Source: Rikenellaceae bacterium (GTDB lineage: Bacteria; Bacteroidota; Bacteroidia; Bacteroidales; Rikenellaceae). From it: a stretch of DNA of 64,000 nucleotides. The stretch covers positions 142-64,141 of the forward strand of contig JAFNVH010000078.1 of NCBI GenBank assembly GCA_017379895.1, written 5' to 3'. Shown here piece after piece: positions 28,714 through 36,419 of this stretch (within the stretch, counting starts at the first letter, position 1; every line of letters starts with the position of its first letter). Both the position numbers and the translations under genes were made by a program. The notes under the pieces were generated by a model that did not search any database, was not told the origin of the DNA, and saw only the letters and a list, made by a program, of their open reading frames with translations.

Positions 28714-29538
28714 TTATAAAATATTTGGGTTATTATATGCCGAGCCAAACGCTTGGAAATGTTTATATCTCAACGGCGAAAAATACGCATCTTCAAAACT
28801 TAACTCATATTCTTCGTTTTCGAAATCCTTATCCCTATAAATATGCAGGTACGATGAACCGAGAAATGAAATTTGTTCGATATCGTCCCGCAAATCTTCA
28901 ATCGCAATGCGCAGCGGCGCAATAATCTTTGTAGTAGTGGAGCCGACCGCTGCGACCTCTATAATATTATCGTCGAGCGTGCGAATATATGGAGTTTCAA
29001 ACGGGAAACAATTTTTATAAACCACACGCAAACGAGCCTCAACGCTGCGGGTATATTTGTAGCGGTCGCGGGAGTTGTTACCGTGTTTTTGTATATAGAT
29101 ATGAAATTTGTTCCAACGATTAGAAAAATATTTATCAGTAGAGGCGAGGCGATGAGCAAAAAGGGCAGTAGTATAAGCGTCCGAAAAAACAATATCGGAA
29201 ATGTAATGCCAACAGCCATTTTTGCGGCGGGCGAGGTTGCACATTCTTACGCCGCTAAATCGTTGGGCGCGTAAATGACGATTTTTGTTACATTGTTTCA
29301 TAAGCGACGGGAACACCTGCACCGCATCGAGAGCGTCTTGACCCGTAGCCTTGAAAGTAATACGCCAACTTGACGGGTAATAATCGAGGGCACGTTCAAG
29401 GCACGAACGATGATACTCAAAACCTTTATACTGATTTAGATTATTAAACACTGCAAACGCACGTTTTTTGCCCGTGCGACGCAGTAACTCGGGGCGAGGC
29501 TTAGGCAATTCGCTAACCTCTCTAAGTCGTTTAGTCAT
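28714..29538 (-). CDS. hypothetical protein (274 aa); a weak, eyeballed resemblance to rolling-circle replication initiators is not established
   Basis: This is a long ORF in an AT-rich context. The track's start at 29574 is a TTG lying upstream of a -7-like box (TACCTTTG on the - strand, 29579 to 29572), so I use the ATG at 29538 (MTKRLREV...). Candidate motifs are WRITFKAT, CWHYISDIVF, KFHIYIQKH and GNNSRDRYKYTRSVE. None is a clean HUH or Rep_trans signature. Confidence 0.55.
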   Translation of the reverse strand: MTKRLREVSELPKPRPELLRRTGKKRAFAVFNNLNQYKGFEYHRSCLERALDYYPSSWRITFKATGQDALDAVQVFPSLMKQCNKNRHLRAQRFSGVRMCNLARRKNGCWHYISDIVFSDAYTTALFAHRLASTDKYFSNRWNKFHIYIQKHGNNSRDRYKYTRSVEARLRVVYKNCFPFETPYIRTLDDNIIEVAAVGSTTTKIIAPLRIAIEDLRDDIEQISFLGSSYLHIYRDKDFENEEYELSFEDAYFSPLRYKHFQAFGSAYNNPNIL

Positions 29539-29579
29539 AACGTGTTTGCTAATTAGATTATTTAGGTACTGCAAAGGTA

Positions 29580-29607
29580 ATGAAATAATATATATATTAT
29601 GTTAAAT
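29580..29607 (+). repeat. internal dif/cer-like site, inverted relative to the flanking repeats
   Basis: Reads ATGAAATAATA-TATATA-TTATGTTAAAT. The XerD-arm 11-mer at 29597-29607 is perfect. The 6-nt centre TATATA matches the E. coli dif centre TGTATA at 5 of 6 positions. The left arm is poor. Confidence 0.7.
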
Positions 29608-29734
29608 TAGCGTATTCATATATAAAATATAGGGGAGCGCTTGTGCAGGTGATTTGAGTGCACCTCTTCGGCGGATTTGCTGCGATGATGAGCAGATACT
29701 CTTCTGGTAAATTTGAAAGTTGAATAGCACCTCT

Positions 29735-29754
29735 TTTATTTAACATAATTTAGT
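29735..29754. repeat. right direct repeat TTTATTTAACATAATTTAGT
   Basis: It is 19/20 identical to 26853-26872. ATTTAACATAA lies at 29738-29748. Confidence 0.85.
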
Positions 29755-29789
29755 GATTTTAGCGAGCGTACATAAATATACACAAAGAG

Positions 29790-29820
29790 TTTGTCGCGCA
29801 GAGAAAAATTCCTATTTTTG
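29790..29820 (+). promoter_or_regulatory. Bacteroidota-type promoter of the immunity-like gene
   Basis: TTTG at 29790-29793 is separated by a 19-nt spacer from TATTTTTG at 29813-29820. The ATG is at 29844. Confidence 0.6.
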
Positions 29821-29843
29821 TATGGACGCAATGATCGATAGAT

Positions 29844-30389
29844 ATGAGAACACCACAAACACGTATCGGAGATATTTTTGAGATTCCCATTACCCCACTG
29901 ACAAAACGATATATGCAATTTATACTCGTTGACTCTTCTTGTCTGGGTGGATGGTGTATTCGAGTTTTCAAAAAGGAGTATCACGCAGATGATAAACCAA
30001 CTATGGACGAGATCGTATTTGGTGAGGTCGATTTTTATTGTCTGACATATGCCATAGGACAAGGCGTCGTTAAGGAATTATGGACCAAGGCGGGAAAATC
30101 CAAAGAGCTTGGTAGTTTCGATAATATAATCTTCAAGCAGAAAGACTATGTACACCGAGGCTGGCGAATATGGAGAGCAAATCAAGAAGTCAAGCTATAC
30201 CGAACGCTCTCCAAGAAATTCGCAAAGGCAAGTATGGGTGCTCTGTTAGCTCCTTCAAGTGTGGTCAAAAGAATACAGACCGGCAGATGGCGAGATATAC
30301 CCAATGTATATGATGACTATAAGGGAGCATCATTATTTGAACGATTGATCGGTGCCGAATTTATACCGAAGGAATTAAAAGTTATATAA
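29844..30389 (+). CDS. immunity-protein-like protein (polymorphic-toxin immunity family such as Imm26-like); orphan
   Basis: The N-terminal ...RIGDIFEIPITPLTKRYMQFILVD... resembles the 'GDIF.IPL..g.y..g.vl' opening of several Bacteroidota immunity families. No toxin gene lies next to it. Confidence 0.4.
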   Translation: MRTPQTRIGDIFEIPITPLTKRYMQFILVDSSCLGGWCIRVFKKEYHADDKPTMDEIVFGEVDFYCLTYAIGQGVVKELWTKAGKSKELGSFDNIIFKQKDYVHRGWRIWRANQEVKLYRTLSKKFAKASMGALLAPSSVVKRIQTGRWRDIPNVYDDYKGASLFERLIGAEFIPKELKVI

Positions 30390-30393
30390 ATCA

Positions 30394-30427
30394 AAGCCCT
30401 CCTGAGCCGAAAGGTTCAGGAGGGCTT
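30394..30427. terminator. bidirectional terminator between the immunity-like gene and rubrerythrin
   Basis: A 15-bp stem, AAGCCCTCCTGAGCC / GGTTCAGGAGGGCTT (one G-U pair), closed by a GAAA tetraloop. Confidence 0.75.
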
Positions 30428-30450
30428 CATTTTGTGAGGGAGCTACCCTA

Positions 30451-30999
30451 CTACTTGAAGTAACGCTTGTACAGACCCTCGAAGCCCTTGCCGTGACGAG
30501 CCTCGTCCTTACACATCTCGTGAACGGTGTCGTGGATTGCGTCCAGGTTTAGCTTCTTTGCAAGAGTTGCAATGCGCTTCTTATCCTCGCAAGCACCCTG
30601 CTCAGCCATCATACGCTTGTAAACGTTGGTCTTGGTATCCCAAACAACCTCGCCCAGCAACTCGGCAAACTTAGCTGCGTGCTCTGCCTCCTCCCAAGCG
30701 TAGCGCTTGAAAGCCTCAGCGATCTCGGGATAACCCTCGCGGTCAGCCTGGCGACTCATTGCCAGATACATACCCACCTCGGTGCACTCGCCCATAAAGT
30801 GATCCTTCAAGCCCTGAAGCACCTCTTCGTCAACACCCTTAGCAACGCCAATCACGTGCTCGTCAACAAACTGCAGATCACCTTCCTGCTCTACTACCTC
30901 AACAAACTTGTCAGCGCCAACCTTGCACAGAGGGCACTGATCGGGAGCTGCATCACCCTCGTGAATATAACCACATACGGTACATTTCCATTTCTTCAT
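30451..30999 (-). CDS. rubrerythrin-family protein with reversed domain order (N-terminal rubredoxin-like, C-terminal ferritin-like)
   Basis: The N-terminus has CTVCGY...CPLC. The di-iron four-helix-bundle E..H motifs (EEAEHA, EARHG) follow. Confidence 0.85.
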   Translation of the reverse strand: MKKWKCTVCGYIHEGDAAPDQCPLCKVGADKFVEVVEQEGDLQFVDEHVIGVAKGVDEEVLQGLKDHFMGECTEVGMYLAMSRQADREGYPEIAEAFKRYAWEEAEHAAKFAELLGEVVWDTKTNVYKRMMAEQGACEDKKRIATLAKKLNLDAIHDTVHEMCKDEARHGKGFEGLYKRYFK

Positions 31000-31201
31000 A
31001 GCTGTAATATTTTAGATTGTTATTAATTGTTTGCATTTTCTTAGTACAAAAATAAACTTTTTCTGCGATTTTACAATGCCGCCTAGCCACAAATATCAAT
31101 CATATTATTTTATAATAGCATAAGCGTTACTTATATCGCCATACGGTATTTGATTTTACGTGCGAAAGTAGTACATTTGCGCTATAATATATAATAGGTA
31201 T

Positions 31202-32155
31202 ATGAACATCAGATTTACCATACTCGTTATCGTCGCGCTTGCGTTGGTTGCTTGCGGACAAAAGAGAGCGAAAGACGGCGACGAACAGATATTATCAAAC
31301 GGTGCCACGACCGAGCTTTCGTTTCCGAGCATCGTGATTCCCGAGATGGTTCCGATCGAGGAGCGTGTGAAGTTTCTGGCAGAGCACTATTGGGATAGAT
31401 TCGACTTCAGCGATACGACCTTCTGCAACAAGCCCGACATTACCGAGCAGGCCTATGCCAACTATCTCGACATTCTGCGTTATGTCGATCCGGCAGTTGC
31501 ACAACAATCAGCGGCACAGCTAATCAAGCGTGCCGAGGTCGACTCGACAATGTTCGACTATTTCGTTATGCTCAGCGACAAGTATCTATATGATCCCAAT
31601 TCGCCGTTCCGTAATGACGAGTTGCTGATTCCGACATTAGAGTGTATCATCGCATCACCACTGCTCGACGAAGACGAGAAGATTCGCCCCCAATCGCAAC
31701 TCAATATGGCACAGAAAAATCGCATTGGACAGAAAGCCAACGATTTCCGCTACACGTTGCACGATGGACGCACGGGACATATGTACTCGATCGAGGCCGA
31801 CTATTTGCTGGTTTTCATCAACAATCCCGACTGTCCTGCCTGCAAGGAGATTCGCGAGCAGATAGGAGCATCGCCAATGTTGAGTGAGATGATCGAGCGC
31901 GGTGTGATGAAGGTGCTCGCGATCTATCCCGACGAGGATATCACCGCTTGGCTCAACTATCGCCATAATATTCCCGCATCGTGGATCAACGGCTACGACA
32001 AGCAACTGCGTATGCGCGACGAAGAGCTCTACGACTTGAAGGCTATTCCGTCGCTCTATCTGCTCGATGCCGAAAAGCGCGTGATGTTGAAGGATTGCAA
32101 CCTCGTACCCCAAATCGAGGAGGCGATTTTCTATGCCGAACAAAGTAAACAATAA
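31202..32155 (+). CDS. thioredoxin-fold lipoprotein (DUF5106 plus TlpA-like)
   Basis: Has a lipobox LVAC and the thioredoxin-like motif NNPDCPACK. Confidence 0.6.
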   Translation: MNIRFTILVIVALALVACGQKRAKDGDEQILSNGATTELSFPSIVIPEMVPIEERVKFLAEHYWDRFDFSDTTFCNKPDITEQAYANYLDILRYVDPAVAQQSAAQLIKRAEVDSTMFDYFVMLSDKYLYDPNSPFRNDELLIPTLECIIASPLLDEDEKIRPQSQLNMAQKNRIGQKANDFRYTLHDGRTGHMYSIEADYLLVFINNPDCPACKEIREQIGASPMLSEMIERGVMKVLAIYPDEDITAWLNYRHNIPASWINGYDKQLRMRDEELYDLKAIPSLYLLDAEKRVMLKDCNLVPQIEEAIFYAEQSKQ

Positions 32156-32177
32156 ACTCTAAAACTTAAATAAGATT

Positions 32178-33053
32178 ATGACTATTATCGATGGTAAAGA
32201 GGTTGCTGCGGCAATGCGCCGTGAGATTGCAGCCGAAGTAGAGGCTATGGTAGCCGAGGGCAAGCCCGCACCTCACCTTGTTGCGATTCTGGTTGGCAAC
32301 GACGGTGCAAGCCAGACCTACGTTGCTCACAAAGAGAAGTGCTGCCACGAGTGTGGTTTCACCTCAACCGTAGTGCGTATGCCCGAGGAGACAACCGAAG
32401 AGGAGTTGCTCGCACGCATCAGCGAGTTGAACAATGATCCTAAGGTTGACGGTTTTATCGTGCAGCTGCCCCTGCCCCGCCACATTTCGGAGCAGAAGGT
32501 GATCGAGGCTATCGACCCTCGCAAGGACGTTGATGGCTTCCACCCCGTGAACACCGGCCGTATGATTTCGGGACTCCCTTCGTATCTGCCCGCAACACCT
32601 GACGGCATTCTGTCGTTGCTCAAATATTACAACGTACCCACAGCAGGTCGTAGCTGCGCTGTGATCGGTCGTAGCAATATCGTTGGCCGCCCCATCGCAA
32701 ACCTGCTCTCGCAGAAGGGTTGGGACTGCACCGTAACCATCTGCCACAGCCGCACCCCGAATTTGAAGGAGGTTGTTGCCGAAGCCGATATCGTGATTGC
32801 AGCTCTGGGTAAGGCTGAGTTCGTTACCGCCGATATGGTTAAGGAGGGTGCGACAGTTATCGACGTGGGTATCACTCGTGTTCCGAGCGATAAGACCAAG
32901 AGTGGTTGGAAGTTGCTAGGCGACGTGAAGTATGACGAGGTTGCTCCCAAGTGCGACTTTATCACTCCCGTACCGGGTGGCGTTGGCCCGATGACCATCA
33001 TCTCGTTGATGCGCAACACATTGAAGGCTGCAAAGAAGGAGATCTACGGTTAA
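32178..33053 (+). CDS. folD: bifunctional methylenetetrahydrofolate dehydrogenase/cyclohydrolase
   Basis: Contains [30 protein letters not shown] and [10 protein letters not shown]. Confidence 0.95.
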   Translation: MTIIDGKEVAAAMRREIAAEVEAMVAEGKPAPHLVAILVGNDGASQTYVAHKEKCCHECGFTSTVVRMPEETTEEELLARISELNNDPKVDGFIVQLPLPRHISEQKVIEAIDPRKDVDGFHPVNTGRMISGLPSYLPATPDGILSLLKYYNVPTAGRSCAVIGRSNIVGRPIANLLSQKGWDCTVTICHSRTPNLKEVVAEADIVIAALGKAEFVTADMVKEGATVIDVGITRVPSDKTKSGWKLLGDVKYDEVAPKCDFITPVPGGVGPMTIISLMRNTLKAAKKEIYG

Positions 33054-33079
33054 TCTCAGCTTTGCACAAACCAAATAAA

Positions 33080-33117
33080 AAGGCGCAACTCTGGTGGGGA
33101 GTTGCGCCTTAATTTTT
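33080..33117. terminator. bidirectional terminator between folD and the methyltransferase gene
   Basis: A perfect 12-bp stem, AAGGCGCAACTC / GAGTTGCGCCTT, is followed by AATTTTT. Confidence 0.75.
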
Positions 33118-33131
33118 ACACTTTAGTAGCA

Positions 33132-33911
33132 CTACTCTACTCCCTTGCGGGCGATGTAGTAGAGATCGAAACAACCATCGGCAACGGGTGCGATGCGATA
33201 GTCGTCCATTGTGATATCTGTGGTCAACTTACGGTTACGCAAGAGCAGCAATCTACGATTCATACGATTCAAAATATCATACGGAATCTTTAACATCCAG
33301 CGCGGCAGACGATGTTGCAGATCGAGAAAGTCGAATTTAGTAATGCGACGCACGCTGGCGCGATTCTTCTCGTAATACTTCATAACCTTCTCATTGCCGA
33401 ATACTCCGCAACGCTCAATCTCTGCAAAATAGTTACCCATCAAACGATCGAACTCATCAATCTGGTATTCGCGCACGTGCCACGGATTGCGCGTCAGTGA
33501 CATCGCGGCATTGGGGGTCGAAACGATAAACAAGCCATTAGGTTTCAACACACGATATACCTCCGATACGAAGTCGACATCACGTTCGATATGCTCGATT
33601 ACCTGAAACGAGATCACACAGTCGAAACTATTATCCGGAAAATTGATCGGTGGTACGGTCATCTGCTGGAACTCTACATTCTCGATCTCCGAGATATCAA
33701 TATTGGTTTCGAACTTGTCGATGGTCATAAATCGCTTTGCCGACGGCGCGATTACATCAATGCCGTAGCCACTACCCGTACCGATTTCGAGCACCGAACC
33801 ACGGACTAATTCCGCCGCACGATGATAGGCCAACAACGATCGCTGAAATACGTAGTTATCCGACTTGTCAGCGTGTGACACACGCTCGGCTGTTTGCAAC
33901 TTCGAAGCCAT
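33132..33911 (-). CDS. class I SAM-dependent methyltransferase
   Basis: Contains VLEIGTGSGYG (motif I) and FDCVISFQVIEH. Confidence 0.75.
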   Translation of the reverse strand: MASKLQTAERVSHADKSDNYVFQRSLLAYHRAAELVRGSVLEIGTGSGYGIDVIAPSAKRFMTIDKFETNIDISEIENVEFQQMTVPPINFPDNSFDCVISFQVIEHIERDVDFVSEVYRVLKPNGLFIVSTPNAAMSLTRNPWHVREYQIDEFDRLMGNYFAEIERCGVFGNEKVMKYYEKNRASVRRITKFDFLDLQHRLPRWMLKIPYDILNRMNRRLLLLRNRKLTTDITMDDYRIAPVADGCFDLYYIARKGVE

Positions 33912-33915
33912 ATAT

Positions 33916-34794
33916 CTATTTGAGTTTTATACCGTTATCCGTTATCTCCACACGGCCGCTTTTGAGCAACATACCGAGCGAACGCTTGAACATCTTTTTG
34001 CTCATACCCGTCACTTCGTGTACGCGCTCGGGTGCAGTATTGTCGTTCACGGGCAACTCACCGTCGTTATTCTTCAACAAAGCGTAGAGCTCGTCAGCCG
34101 AGTCGCGCACCTGCTCCAAACCCTGCTGTTGCAGACTCAAGTCGATACGTGCATCGGGAGTAATGCGGCTAACATAGGCCTCTGTGCGCTCACCAATACG
34201 CACGGGACGGAAGAGCTGATTCTTGTAGATCATACCCCAATGGCGATCGTTGACAATCACACGATAGCCGATCGGCGACTCCGAGCAGATCAGGATCTCA
34301 ACCTTCTGACGCGGCGTAACCGTAATCGTATCGTTGTTGATGTAGGTCTTGGTACGCATCGTCGCCACCGAGCGCGAAGTGATGTTATCCTCATAAACAT
34401 AGACGATATATTTATGACCAACCATCACGCCACCCTGCTGGTTGCGATTGGGCAGAAAGAGGTCCTTACCCTGCAAACCCCAATCGAGGAATGCACCGTG
34501 CAGCGTCTTATCAACTACCTGTAAACAAGCTGCTTGACCCACTGTTGCGAGCGGTGTTTCGGTCGTAGCTACCAAACGGTCTTCCGAATCGTGATAGACA
34601 AAGACGTACTTCTCGTCGCCCACTTTATCGGTAAGCGACACATAGCGATTGGGGAGCAAAACTTCGTTCTCTTCGCCATCGGTGAGATAGAGTCCATAAT
34701 CGGAAATTCGACCGACAGTCAGGGTTTGATAGCGACCAGCTTTTATCATATCTAAAAAATTAATTTGCCCTCGAAGGGCGTTTTCATCGTACAA
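33916..34794 (-). CDS. S1-domain RNA-binding protein, CvfB/YitL family
   Basis: Has repeated S1-like segments (...GAFLDWGLQGKDLFLP...) and a C-terminal winged-helix-like tail. Confidence 0.65.
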   Translation of the reverse strand: MYDENALRGQINFLDMIKAGRYQTLTVGRISDYGLYLTDGEENEVLLPNRYVSLTDKVGDEKYVFVYHDSEDRLVATTETPLATVGQAACLQVVDKTLHGAFLDWGLQGKDLFLPNRNQQGGVMVGHKYIVYVYEDNITSRSVATMRTKTYINNDTITVTPRQKVEILICSESPIGYRVIVNDRHWGMIYKNQLFRPVRIGERTEAYVSRITPDARIDLSLQQQGLEQVRDSADELYALLKNNDGELPVNDNTAPERVHEVTGMSKKMFKRSLGMLLKSGRVEITDNGIKLK

Positions 34795-34856
34795 AGATAG
34801 TTTTTTTAAAGGATTTTTTATATATTTGTTGTGAAGAAGTTTTATTTTAACAATTT

Positions 34857-35636
34857 ATGCACGCCAAAGTAGCGTTAATACAGTCGGATATACGATGGGG
34901 TTCGGTCGATTACAACCTTCAAACGATCGAACAGATGGTTGCCACAGCACCAGCGCAAGATCTCTACGTATTACCCGAAACTTTTGCTACGGGATTCGGC
35001 ATAGAGCCCACCGAGGCCGCACAAGCCGAGCAGAAAATTGTTAAGATGATGAGCAACATAGCTCGAAGAGCGAACTGCGCTATTTGCGGCTCACTCATCG
35101 TCGAACGCGACGACCGCTATCGAAACCGACTGCTGTTCGTGACGCCCGAAGACGTTGTGCATTACGACAAGCGCCACCTGTTTTCGATCGGTGGAGAGGG
35201 CGCGCAATATGAGGCCGGAGAGGAGCGATGCGTTGTCGAGTGGCGTGACGTAAGGTGGTTGTTGTCAACGTGTTATGATCTGCGTTTTCCTGTATGGCTG
35301 CGCAATCGTGGTGACTACGATGCGATGATTTGCGTGGCGTCGTGGCCCGCAGCACGAGCCGAAGTGTGGACTACCCTGCTACGTGCTCGCGCAATCGAAA
35401 ATGTGGCCTATGTCGTTGGCGTCAATCGTATTGGCGATGATCCTACGACGCACTATGCGGGCGGATCGGTTGCGTTCAGCTATCGCGGCGAGGTGCTGAC
35501 ACAAACCTCCGATAAGGCGTGTATCCTCAGTACCGAGATCGATACCGAGGCTCTGCAGGCATTCCGTCTCAAATTCCCGGTCGAGCGCGATGCTGACGAC
35601 TTCGAGCTACTAATTGAGAAAGGAGCAGACAGATGA
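34857..35636 (+). CDS. carbon-nitrogen hydrolase (omega-amidase/YafV-like)
   Basis: The candidate Glu-Lys-Cys triad is LPETF, YDKRHLF and STCYDLRFP. Confidence 0.8.
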   Translation: MHAKVALIQSDIRWGSVDYNLQTIEQMVATAPAQDLYVLPETFATGFGIEPTEAAQAEQKIVKMMSNIARRANCAICGSLIVERDDRYRNRLLFVTPEDVVHYDKRHLFSIGGEGAQYEAGEERCVVEWRDVRWLLSTCYDLRFPVWLRNRGDYDAMICVASWPAARAEVWTTLLRARAIENVAYVVGVNRIGDDPTTHYAGGSVAFSYRGEVLTQTSDKACILSTEIDTEALQAFRLKFPVERDADDFELLIEKGADR

Positions 35637-36406
35637 CACTACAAATGCTGATATTGCTGATTGTTTCAGGCATTGTCGTTGGCTTTATCAATACTCTGGC
35701 TGGCGGTGGAGCCATTATGTCTATGACCGTATTTATGGCACTTGGTCTGCCTATCGGCGTGGCGAATGGAACAAACCGCATTGCCGTCGTATTGCAAAAC
35801 CTGACCTCATCGGCTGTATTTATCCGCAAACGCTTACTCGATATTCGTAGCGGCTTGAAACTCTCAATCCCCGCAATCATAGGTAACATCGCTGGCTCGC
35901 TGGTGGCAACACAGATCAACGAAACGGTATTCAAAATATGTATGGGCGTGGTGCTATTCGCCATTCTCGCCTATATGCTGTTCGCAAAAGTGCACATTCA
36001 CGGCGGTCACGGATTGGTGATCAAATGGTGGCACTATCTATGGTTCCTGGTGATTGGTTTCTATGGCGGTTATGTTTATATCGGCTTGGGTTATCTGATT
36101 CTAGCTATCACACTAACCACGATGCACTTAGACATCATCACGGCAAATGTAATCAAGGGCTTTGTGATCTTCGTCGCTACCCCATTCTCGTTGATTATTT
36201 TTATGTTGCACGGGCAGGTTGACTACGCTGTCGGACTGCTCCACGCACTTGGTAACATCATCGGCACATATATCGCTTCGCACTACGGCATCAATTGGGG
36301 AACGAAATTCCTGCAATACTTTATGATTGCCGTTGTATTGGTGAGCATTGCCGATCTATTCGGATTGATATCGCTCCACGATATTTGCCTCAGTCTAATC
36401 CACTAA
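35633..36406 (+). CDS. TauE/SafE-family anion exporter
   Basis: A polytopic membrane protein with the typical G-rich helices. Its start overlaps the upstream stop (ATGA). Confidence 0.7.
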   Translation: MTLQMLILLIVSGIVVGFINTLAGGGAIMSMTVFMALGLPIGVANGTNRIAVVLQNLTSSAVFIRKRLLDIRSGLKLSIPAIIGNIAGSLVATQINETVFKICMGVVLFAILAYMLFAKVHIHGGHGLVIKWWHYLWFLVIGFYGGYVYIGLGYLILAITLTTMHLDIITANVIKGFVIFVATPFSLIIFMLHGQVDYAVGLLHALGNIIGTYIASHYGINWGTKFLQYFMIAVVLVSIADLFGLISLHDICLSLIH

Positions 36407-36419
36407 ATTACTGATCGCT

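Larger units (their letters stand above)
26853..29754. mobile_element. candidate ~2.9 kb integrase-less integrated element bounded by dif-like direct repeats (IMEX-like hypothesis)
   Basis: A 20-bp direct repeat (19/20 identical) lies at 26853-26872 and 29735-29754. The interior is mostly AT-rich and of unknown function, apart from one ~77% GC block. Canonical core signals lie immediately outside: the hit terminator on the left and a TTTG/TAnnTTTG promoter on the right. Confidence 0.5.

Noticed and set aside
28714-29538. A possible reverse-transcriptase signature in the 274-aa protein (YIRTLDDNII resembling YxDD; ISDIVFSD resembling motif A), which would make the GC block a retron-like ncRNA.
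   Set aside because: There is no motif B (QGxxxSP) between the two candidate motifs. The third residue before DD does not fit the consensus. The protein is short for an RT with flanking domains. I treat this as a chance resemblance until a profile search says otherwise.
26853-29754. A Microviridae (gokushovirus/alpavirus-like) prophage, because those use dif-like sites and occur in Bacteroidota.
   Set aside because: The segment is only ~2.9 kb and has no ORF large enough to be a major capsid protein (~500 aa or more), and no pilot or scaffold genes. At most it could be a satellite or plasmid-like element.
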